Part shown: one piece after another, positions 1 to 8,500 of the stretch
Layout of the letters: the number at the start of each line of letters is the position of its first letter
Numbering within the stretch: the stretch's first letter is position 1
Source of the DNA: Saprospiraceae bacterium
GTDB lineage: Bacteria; Bacteroidota; Bacteroidia; Chitinophagales; Saprospiraceae
Assembly (NCBI GenBank): GCA_044224705.1
Contig: JBGAJY010000005.1
Location: 2,220-66,219 of the forward strand
Reading direction: 5' to 3'
Length of the DNA stretch: 64,000 nucleotides
Translations under genes and position numbers: made by a program
Notes under the pieces: model-generated
Database searches by the model: none
What the model saw: only the letters and a program-made list of their open reading frames with translations
What the model was told of the DNA's origin: nothing

Positions 1-591
1 ACCGTGAACGCCGAAGACTGGGCGCTCGTCGGCCGGCTCGACTACGAGTTCGGCCACGAACAGGCCGTCGGCGTTTCGGGCTACTTCGGCAATACCCGCA
101 ACAACCGCCCCAAACCCGACCTCGCCGTGGATGCCTACCTGAGCCTGTTCGATGCGCACGTCGTGTACGAATGGTCGCCTTTCGAGTTCTGCGGACAATT
201 GATTTACGGACAATTGCAGAACTCGGAAGCGGTCACCAACGCCAACCGCAACCTGTCCAACAACCTGAACGTGAAGCGAACGCCCGTGGCGCAATCGGCC
301 CTGGGCTGGAGCGCGGAACTGGGGTTCGAACTTTTCGACGTGCTGCCCCGGCACCCGAACGGCGAACTGATCATTTTCGGTCGCTATGATTATTATGATT
401 CCATGTTCCGCACCGAGGGGCAGGTGGTGGACAACCCGCGCTGGGAGCGCAACGTGATCACGGCCGGCGTCAATTACCAGCCGCTGCCGCAGATCGTTCT
501 GAAAACCCAATACGCCGTGGAAAAACTCGGCATCCCGTCCGCCAACCTGCAAAAAACCTTTTCCGTCGGTTTAGGATTTCATATTCAATAA
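1..591 (+). CDS. 3' fragment of an outer-membrane beta-barrel (porin-like) protein; 5' end outside window
   Basis: The frame is open from the window edge to TAA 589-591. The sequence is Gly/Tyr/Asn-rich with an alternating beta-strand pattern and ends ...KTFSVGLGFHIQ. It lies immediately upstream of an imelysin/DUF1111 pair. Confidence 0.45.
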   Translation, partial: TVNAEDWALVGRLDYEFGHEQAVGVSGYFGNTRNNRPKPDLAVDAYLSLFDAHVVYEWSPFEFCGQLIYGQLQNSEAVTNANRNLSNNLNVKRTPVAQSALGWSAELGFELFDVLPRHPNGELIIFGRYDYYDSMFRTEGQVVDNPRWERNVITAGVNYQPLPQIVLKTQYAVEKLGIPSANLQKTFSVGLGFHIQ

Positions 592-612
592 ATGCCTTAC
601 AGTCAATATTTT

Positions 613-1665
613 ATGAAAAAAAATCTCACACTTTTAGCCTTGATTTTCGTCGGCCTGTCGGCTTGCAAAGACGAAGAGCCCATCACGCCGCCCGGCGACT
701 ATTCCGCCATGTTGCGCACCACAGGGGAAGACGTTATTCTTCAAACCTACGCCGACCTGGATGAGAAAACGAGCCTGCTTGTCGCGGCCCTCACCGCGCT
801 CGAAACTGCCCCCACTACCGCTCATCTCGATGCCGCCCGCCAGGCTTGGCGCGATGCGCGCAAGCCCTGGGAACAGGCCGAGGGCTTCCTGTTCGGCCCC
901 GTGGATCAGCAGGGCATCGACCCGGCCATGGACTCCTGGCCGGTGAACGAGGTGGACCTTGAAAATGTGCTCAATAGCGGCAATGTGCTCACGAAGTCTT
1001 TTATCGATCAGCAGGAGGGTACGGTCAAGGGTTTTCACACCATCGAGTACCTTATTTTTGGTGTGGACGGCAACAAGGTGGTTGCCGATTTTGACCAACG
1101 CGAATTTGAATACCTGCGCGCCTGTGCCGAAAGCCTGAAAGGCGAAACGAACAAACTGTATACGGCCTGGGCCACTTCGGGGGGCAATTTTATCCGGAAT
1201 CTGCTGCAGGCCGGCACCGCGCAGAGCATTTATCCGAGCCAAAAAGCGGCCATCCAGGAAGTGGCGAACGGCCTGGTCACCATCGCGGACGAGGTGGCCA
1301 ACGGCAAGATCAACGATCCTTTTACCCAGCAAAACATCACCCTCGAAGAAAGCCGTTTCAGTGCCAATTCGAAGGCCGATTTTGCCGATAATATCCGCAG
1401 CATCCGCAACATCTATTTCGGCGCACTGAATGGCGGCCATTCTCCGGAAAGTATCCACGGCATTGTGGAAGAAAGAAATCCTGCCCTAAATGCCCGCATC
1501 GATGAAGAGATAGACGCTGCGATTGCTGCCATTGAAGGTATTCCGGGCACCTTTACGACCGCCATTTTTGACCAGCCCGCCAAGGTGCAGGATGCCCAAA
1601 ACAAGGTTCGCGACCTGCTCGAAACCTTGCAAAGCGACCTGCTGCCTTTTGTGCAGGGGTTATGA
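613..1665 (+). CDS. Imelysin-family (IrpA / peptidase M75-like) lipoprotein
   Basis: Signal peptide plus lipobox MKKNLTLLALIFVGLSAC. HxxE-type motif 'GFHTIEYLIFG'. Helical Ala/Glu-rich body. Classic pairing with a downstream DUF1111 gene. The ORF track starts at 592, but ATG 613 gives the clean signal peptide. Confidence 0.7.
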   Translation: MKKNLTLLALIFVGLSACKDEEPITPPGDYSAMLRTTGEDVILQTYADLDEKTSLLVAALTALETAPTTAHLDAARQAWRDARKPWEQAEGFLFGPVDQQGIDPAMDSWPVNEVDLENVLNSGNVLTKSFIDQQEGTVKGFHTIEYLIFGVDGNKVVADFDQREFEYLRACAESLKGETNKLYTAWATSGGNFIRNLLQAGTAQSIYPSQKAAIQEVANGLVTIADEVANGKINDPFTQQNITLEESRFSANSKADFADNIRSIRNIYFGALNGGHSPESIHGIVEERNPALNARIDEEIDAAIAAIEGIPGTFTTAIFDQPAKVQDAQNKVRDLLETLQSDLLPFVQGL

Positions 1666-1769
1666 ATCAGGAAGACAGAATGAGGCGGGATTGAAAGGGT
1701 TTGACGCGGCAATCGACTTTGACCTTTTCAATCCTTCTCCGTTCTGCCTTTAAAACATTTACCCAAACC

Positions 1770-3140
1770 ATGATACGACCATTCATTTTTCTTACCGCCT
1801 TTGTCCTGCTGGCCGCCTGTCGAAAGGACAATACCACTCCTCCCGAGGACCTGAGTGCCGAGTACCGGCCCGGTGGCGCCACCACCGTGTCCGGGTTTTT
1901 CAGCGATGGTTTTGAGCAACCCTGCGCCAACCTGACGGCCGATGAAGTGGCGCGCCACCTCGATGGCGACGTAGCTTTTGAGGCCATTTACGTCACCGCT
2001 CCGGCGCAGGTCAACAGCGGCCTGGGGCCGCTTTTTAACCAGAATTCCTGCGTTTCGTGCCACGGCCGCAATGGACGCGCGGCATTCCCGGCTTCGGAAG
2101 AGGATCTGGGCGGCTTACTGCTCAGGTTGAGTATGGAGGGCGCCGGTTCGCACGGAGAGCCATTGGTCCTGCCCGGATTCGGCGGGCAGTTGCAAACCAA
2201 AGCCGTTTGGGGCGTGCAGCCCGAAGCGCGGGTGAGCATTCAGTTTGTCGAGCGGGTACGCCAATTTACCGACGGTACGCCGTACACCTTGCGGGAGCCG
2301 GTATTTACCCTTAGCGACCCTTATACCACCTTGCCGGCGGGTTTTTTGCTTTCTCCGAGGCTCGCACCTCCCGTGTTCGGATTGGGGTTGCTGGAAGCAA
2401 TTCCTGAAAGCAGTATTGTTCAAAAAGAAGATCCGAACGACGCCGACGGCGATGGCATCAGCGGTCGCGCCAACCGTGTCTGGGATATTGAAAATGAGGT
2501 ATTTGCACTCGGTCGTTTTGGTTGGAAAGCCGGCCAGCCATCCCTTGTTCAGCAAACCGCGGCGGCTTTTTCGGGCGATATGGGCGTGACCAGCCCGCTT
2601 TTCCCGGTCGAATCGTCGGCAGGCCAGCCGCAGGCCGATCCATTGGCCGATGATCCGGAAATCGGTTGGGAAGGGCTGCGCCTTGGGGCGTTTTACACAC
2701 AAAGCCTGGCTGTGCCGGCGCCGCGCGAACTGGAAAATCCGGAGGTCGCTGCCGGCAAAAAACTGTTCCACAACGCCGGCTGCGCCAAATGCCACACCCC
2801 CAGCCAGCAAACCGGTTCTTTATCCGAAAATACTTTCCTCGCCAATCAGACGATCTGGCCCTACACCGATATGCTGCTCCATGACATGGGCGAAGGCCTG
2901 GCCGATGGCCGGCCTGAATTCGGCGCCAACGGTCAGGAGTGGCGCACGCCGCCGCTCTGGGGTATCGGCCTTACCCGTATCGTGAACGGACACGACAATT
3001 ACCTGCACGATGGCCGCGCACGGTCCTTGCTCGAAGCCGTGTTGTGGCACGGTGGCGAGGCCGAGAAAGCGCGGCAGAACGTAGAAAAAATGAGCGCTGC
3101 GGAGCGGGAGCAATTGATTCGTTTTCTTGAGGCCTTGTGA
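1770..3140 (+). CDS. Di-haem cytochrome-c-type oxidoreductase, DUF1111 family (imelysin-associated)
   Basis: Two CxxCH haem-binding motifs (CVSCH, CAKCH). Lipoprotein-type signal MIRPFIFLTAFVLLAAC from ATG 1770 (track start 1701 is a TTG). Confidence 0.8.
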   Translation: MIRPFIFLTAFVLLAACRKDNTTPPEDLSAEYRPGGATTVSGFFSDGFEQPCANLTADEVARHLDGDVAFEAIYVTAPAQVNSGLGPLFNQNSCVSCHGRNGRAAFPASEEDLGGLLLRLSMEGAGSHGEPLVLPGFGGQLQTKAVWGVQPEARVSIQFVERVRQFTDGTPYTLREPVFTLSDPYTTLPAGFLLSPRLAPPVFGLGLLEAIPESSIVQKEDPNDADGDGISGRANRVWDIENEVFALGRFGWKAGQPSLVQQTAAAFSGDMGVTSPLFPVESSAGQPQADPLADDPEIGWEGLRLGAFYTQSLAVPAPRELENPEVAAGKKLFHNAGCAKCHTPSQQTGSLSENTFLANQTIWPYTDMLLHDMGEGLADGRPEFGANGQEWRTPPLWGIGLTRIVNGHDNYLHDGRARSLLEAVLWHGGEAEKARQNVEKMSAAEREQLIRFLEAL

Positions 3141-3171
3141 ACCCCGGACCTGACAGGTCAAAAACACCCTG

Positions 3172-3687
3172 CTACTTTTTAAAAAGGTCCAGTTTTCGCA
3201 CCGTCAAGCCTTTGTTCGTCAGGAACTCCACCAGGGGAGCGGCGGCGTCTCCGCCTCTTTCGGCATGATGCAAAAGGGTCAGTCCATGTGGGCCCGGCGC
3301 ATGGAGCAGGGTCGGGAATTTGTCCAGCAGCGCCTTCACCAGCTCGACCTCCCCGAGCATGGTGTAGGTAAAAATGTCGGCCCGGGCGCCATTTTCGAGG
3401 AAAAACTGCACGATATCCTTGCGGCCGACATGCGAGGCGCCCCCGAGCCCGGTTTCGAAATCGCCGCCGCCGAGGTCCCAGGCGGCATTTAAAAGGTTGG
3501 GTTCATTGCCGAGCATTTCACGGACGCGATCGAGATCGTTGTGCGCCTTGGCGACGAATTCCCGAACGGTTTCAGGGGTAATTTGCGGGGGCTTCACGGG
3601 TTGCTGGGCGATGACCTTTGCCGGCGACCAAAGTATTCCTGTCGCCAGGCCGGAGAGTGAAATCCGGAGAAAGTTTTTGCGATTCAT
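3172..3687 (-). CDS. Exported ankyrin-repeat protein
   Basis: N-terminus MNRKNFLRISLSGLATGILWSPAKVIAQQ (Tat-like RKxFL followed by a hydrophobic core). Ankyrin-type repeats (GGASHVGRKDIVQFFLENGA; HGLTLLHHAERGGDAAAPLVEFLTNKG). ATG 3687 is preferred over track start 3759. Confidence 0.6.
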   Translation of the reverse strand: MNRKNFLRISLSGLATGILWSPAKVIAQQPVKPPQITPETVREFVAKAHNDLDRVREMLGNEPNLLNAAWDLGGGDFETGLGGASHVGRKDIVQFFLENGARADIFTYTMLGEVELVKALLDKFPTLLHAPGPHGLTLLHHAERGGDAAAPLVEFLTNKGLTVRKLDLFKK

Positions 3688-3904
3688 AGACTGGATGAGT
3701 GTTTGAAAGGGAGAGTTGTTTGTCTTCAAAATTGTCTGAGCTGCCGGAGCGGGAGCCAAAAATTAGGCAAACAACTGGACTGAAGGCGCGAAGACCCGGC
3801 TTTTGACCTTAAAAGGCGCAAGAGATTTGCGCAATTCCACTTTTTTAAAAAATCCGGGCGATTTTTGCACGACCCCATTCGCTGCCAACCTGTTTCATTC
3901 CGAC

Positions 3905-4480
3905 ATGCGACAACTCATTCAAAACGCTTTTTCTGCCAGCATTGCCACCAAGCAAGCTGTGCTGGCCGACCCCGTTTTTTTATCGAAAATAGAAGAGGCC
4001 GCCAACCTCATGGTGACGGCATTTCAAGCGCAGGGAAAAGTACTGTTTTGCGGCAATGGCGGCTCAGCAGCCGACGCCCAGCACCTGGCAGCCGAGCTCT
4101 CCGGGCGGTTTTATACCGACCGGCCGCCGCTGTTCGCCGAAGCGTTGCACGTCAATTCCTCCTTCGTCACGGCCGTGGCCAACGACTATGGCTACGACGA
4201 AGTGTTCGCCCGGATGGTGCAGGCCGCGGGCCGCTCAGGCGATGTGCTGGTGGCCATTTCCACCTCCGGCAATTCGCCCGGCATCCTCAAAGCGATTGAA
4301 AAAGGGCGAGAGGCGGGCATGCGAATCATCGGTTTTACGGGCGCTTCCGGCGGTAAAATGCGCGAGGCCTGCGATGTGCTGCTCAACGTGCCGTCCTCCG
4401 ACACCCCGCGTATTCAGGAAACGCACATCCTGATGGGGCATATTTTGTGCGAGATTGTTGAAACAGAATTGTTTGGCTAA
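3905..4480 (+). CDS. gmhA: SIS-domain phosphoheptose isomerase (GmhA/DiaA family)
   Basis: SIS motifs 'VLFCGNGGSAADAQHLAAEL' and 'LVAISTSGNSPGIL'. About 190 aa from ATG 3905 (the track ORF has an upstream extension). Confidence 0.7.
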   Translation: MRQLIQNAFSASIATKQAVLADPVFLSKIEEAANLMVTAFQAQGKVLFCGNGGSAADAQHLAAELSGRFYTDRPPLFAEALHVNSSFVTAVANDYGYDEVFARMVQAAGRSGDVLVAISTSGNSPGILKAIEKGREAGMRIIGFTGASGGKMREACDVLLNVPSSDTPRIQETHILMGHILCEIVETELFG

Positions 4481-4505
4481 CCTGTCAGACTAAAAAGTTA
4501 CCCAC

Positions 4506-5408
4506 ATGACACCCAGCTGGAACGGCGTGTATCCCGCCCTCACGACCCCCTTCACTGCCGATGGCGAATCGGTGGACTATCCTGTTTTTGAAAAAAACCT
4601 ACACGCCCAGCTCGATGCCGGCGTGGACGGCGTCATTCTGGGCGGCACGCTTGGCGAAGCCAGCAGTCTGCTGAACGAGGAGAAATACGAGCTCGTACGC
4701 TTCACCGTCGACAAGGTCGCCGGCCGTGTGCCCGTAGTGATGAATATTGCAGAGCAAACCACCCGCGCTGCCGTGGCCGCTGCCCGCGAGGCGGAGCGTT
4801 GTGGCGCCGCCGGCCTCATGCTCCTGCCGCCGATGCGGTACAAGGCCGACGACCGCGAAACGCTGGTCTATTTCCGCGCGGTGGCCGAAGCGACCATGCT
4901 GCCCATCATGATCTACAACAATCCGGTGGATTACAAGATCGAGGTCACGCTGGATATGTTCGAGGCCATGATCGACTGGCCGACGGTGCAGGCGGTGAAG
5001 GAAAGCACCCGCGACGTGAGCAACGTGACGCGCATGCTCAACCGTTTCGGCAACCGGTTTAAAATCCTTTGCGGGGTGGACACGCTCGCCCTGGAAAGCC
5101 TTTTCATGGGCGCCCACGGCTGGGTGGCGGGTCTGGTAGACGCATTTCCGCGCGAGACCGTGGCCATTTTTCAACTGGCCAAAACCGGCCGGTTCGAGGA
5201 CGCTTTGAAGATTTACCGCTGGTTTTTACCGCTTTTGGAGTTGGACATTCACCCCAAACTCGTGCAATACATCAAACTGGCCCAGGCGGAAGTGGGGTTG
5301 GGTACGGAGTACGTGCGGGCGCCGAGGCTGGTGCCGGAGGGAGAGGAGCGCGACGCCGTGCTGGGAGTGATCAGGCAGGCGCTGGCAGGCCGGCCGAATC
5401 TGGGGTGA
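4506..5408 (+). CDS. DapA/NAL-family class-I aldolase (dihydrodipicolinate synthase family protein)
   Basis: Motifs 'GVDGVILGGTLGEASSL' and 'PIMIYNNP', with Schiff-base Lys context 'VQAVKEST'. 300 aa. Confidence 0.75.
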   Translation: MTPSWNGVYPALTTPFTADGESVDYPVFEKNLHAQLDAGVDGVILGGTLGEASSLLNEEKYELVRFTVDKVAGRVPVVMNIAEQTTRAAVAAAREAERCGAAGLMLLPPMRYKADDRETLVYFRAVAEATMLPIMIYNNPVDYKIEVTLDMFEAMIDWPTVQAVKESTRDVSNVTRMLNRFGNRFKILCGVDTLALESLFMGAHGWVAGLVDAFPRETVAIFQLAKTGRFEDALKIYRWFLPLLELDIHPKLVQYIKLAQAEVGLGTEYVRAPRLVPEGEERDAVLGVIRQALAGRPNLG

Positions 5409-5579
5409 CCATCGCGGCGTGTGCTTCGGGTTATTGAAAACTGAAAATATAAATCCGTTCCGTCTGCGAACGAAAGGTTTTATCTGTAGTAATCGGCGGG
5501 AATGCAAAACAAAAATTACCCGCGTGATTTGTAGGTAGATTGTTGATAAATTCTACCTTGCAGTATAAAACCAAATTAT

Positions 5580-8500
5580 ATGACCCTGCCACCTGATTTT
5601 TATACTTTCCCGGATGGCCGGGAGAGAATCGGCCGTGAAATAGCCCAAAGGCTCAGTTTCAATCGAAACAAGTCGACGGCCGAATCAACAAAGACAGACA
5701 AATCTGTTATTGAAGTTTTATTCATCGGAGAAATATTCAAGGAAGACCTGTTTTACTCCTGGGTGGATCGGTTGCCGGACTCGATACAAAAGGTTCGTGT
5801 AACCACTATTTTTAATAAATATTCCTTCTACAGCCATGGCAAGGTAGTGCACCCTTCGGAACGGGTTATTGAAATAAATCAAGAGATAATAGAAGGTTAT
5901 TTAGACGATGATAATTTTTTTAAACAGCTCCCCTTCTCCCATTTCGACCTGATCGTTTGCTGTTTTGAATTGCACTTCTGTTTGAATTGGCGGTGGGCGC
6001 TGTTTAAGCTGCTTGAACGATTGAAAGAAGGAGGCAGTTTTCTTTTTGTCGACATTACTGAAGACTTCGAATTTTTTGACGGGAATTTTAAGAATAAGAA
6101 TTCCGATGTCAGGTTCCTCGACAAAGGGTCGGATCTCCTGCCTTTGGACGCGTTCAAGCGTTTTATGATGAAGTTCGATGAATTAAGATCGGAATATTTC
6201 TACTGGAAACCAGCCATCAGTACTTCTAATTACCAGGTTCTGGCCGAACAGATCGACCCGTTTTTCCAGGAAGTTCAGCGATTGGGGGATGAAGATATTA
6301 CCGAGGAAAAAAGCAGGCGATTCAGAAATACAGCGACTTACGAGCTCAGTATAGAACAGGTTCTGGACTGGCTGAAAACCAAGGCAGACAACAAAGTCCC
6401 GCTGAGTTATCTTCGAATGGGACTGTCTTATGACAACAGGATTAAGATCGCCTATGATTTGGAAGACTGGATGAAGCAAAATCCGGACATGCGCGGAAAG
6501 GAAAAGGTGACCTTTAAAATTGAAAAGGGCCTCCGGGTTTACCTGGCTTCCGGGCTGATTACCGAAAAATTGATGGGTTTCAACGGCTGGAGCTACAAGT
6601 CATTCCCGAAGGATATTCAATCCATCAACGACAGCAATATTGGTTCGTTGGCCAGGAAGGCTCTGGACCTGATGATCAGTCACGGCTTTTTCATACCTGA
6701 CCGCACATTATATGCTGCTGTCCTGTCGTGGCAGGATGACCATGAAGGATGGGATTATCCGATACACCTGATTCTCAATGAAAAACTCAATTATGAAGAA
6801 GACCCTGAACGTAACTTCATCGGCCGAACGGTACAATCATCCCAATTGGCAGACCGGAGGATGCGCAGCCGGTTTGCGAGGTTAATTTTGCTGGAGAAAA
6901 AACAAAAATATTCCGGACTGAAATCATTGTTTAAAACGTTGCCTTATAAATTCCAGGTCGTCATCCGGCTCTCCAAACATCCGGAATTGGAATATAAGGC
7001 TGATAAATTTGCCCTAATCGAGGACGAGGGATTGGTGCCGCAAAACGCCATACGCTACAGGTTAAACTTTGACTCAAAGAACCAAATCAAGCGCTTAACC
7101 ATACTGCTGCACTCGGATTTTAATGCTGTCAGGGAAAATAAGGTTGACCTGAAGGGTTACGAGGAGAAATTAAACCAGCCAGGACCGTTTGAAGACCTGA
7201 TATCTGTACCCATAAAGCCCGGATTATTACGGCGTTATGTGATCACCGACCAGTTTGCGGATTTTGTAAAATCCTTCGATGGCGGAGAAAGTGAGAACGT
7301 GGAGTCGGAATTGATTGGAAAACCCATTCTTTATCAGGATAATGACGATAGGCAGCGCCTTATGCAGGCTTTGCGGCTCGATGAAAATGGGTTCGAGCAA
7401 TTGTTGCGTGCGTTGGATGTGATCAAAAAATTCCAGTTGCGCGAGCCAGGTTTCCAGCTGTCCCTGTTCCCTTCGGGGGTCATTCAGCAGAAATCCGATC
7501 TGGTGAAAGGATTAGGCGGCATCCTGATCTATGAAAAGACAGATCCGCTTGCCCTGGGCACGGAAAGCGACGAGGAACAGGCCTACCTGGAATTGATTTT
7601 TTCCCGCAATCGCGCCATTGTGGAGGCTAACAACCTCATTTTTTACAAGGTGGGTATAGTGAACGCTCACCAGCACAATTTTAAAAAACTGGCTTTGCAG
7701 GCTGCAATTGCCAACGTTTTTGCGCGTAATGGCTCTCACGGGTTGGGAAGTCACGTGTTACCGGCGGTGGCTGCACTGGCTACTTCTTCCTTAAAGGATG
7801 ACCAGATACTGTTCAGTTATATCCAGCAACGACTGGATTTTATCGCACAGGCTACTGCGGGTTTCCCCAGATGGACGTATCCATCCTGGCTCATTAAAGA
7901 TGTCTTATCCCGGTATTTCAAACAAAAACACCTGCTGAGCAATCTTGCAGCCTCCGAAAACCTCGGAGCATTCGAATACGATAATGGTGAGCAATATAGT
8001 AAAATACAATTTGTGATCCGGAAACGGCAGATGATCCCACTGGGTGCGGATGAGGATATTCCCAAGGAAGAAGACTGGAACCACTTTGCGGCAAAAAAAA
8101 TGCTGGATGACAAATTGGAAAATACAGTTTATGCCACGCTGGAAGATAAATTCTATGGAATAGTTGTCAGGATGACCTTAGCCGAATCGGGCGAGGTCAA
8201 CTATGGCGCGGTAGATATATTGTTTCATAATTCCGCTATCACCTGTCTGCTGACCAAACCTGCAGAAAAAATTTACCAGCCAGGCGACCGGCTTTTGATC
8301 CAGGGAACGCTGCACCGGGATCTTTCGGACCCCGACCACCCCAAATACTGGTTTAATGACGGCCGGATCATTGCCGAAAGTAAAATTACAGAATTGATAG
8401 ATGAGAAAGGAGGAGGCGTGTTGAGCGAAGATGTCCAGGTTGCAATTCCGGGAGGAATCGTTGGCTACCAGGCTTTCTATTCTATTCTCGAGAATGCTAT

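Noticed and set aside
3141-3171. A terminator hairpin between the DUF1111 gene and the ankyrin gene.
   Set aside because: There is only a 5-bp stem (GACCT-gac-AGGTC) with no T-tract, which is too weak to support.
5409-5579. A canonical Bacteroidota promoter (TTTG / TAnnTTTG) upstream of the island operon.
   Set aside because: Only partial matches (e.g. TAGATTGT, TAAATTCT) are present, so I do not call a promoter. The region is merely AT-rich.
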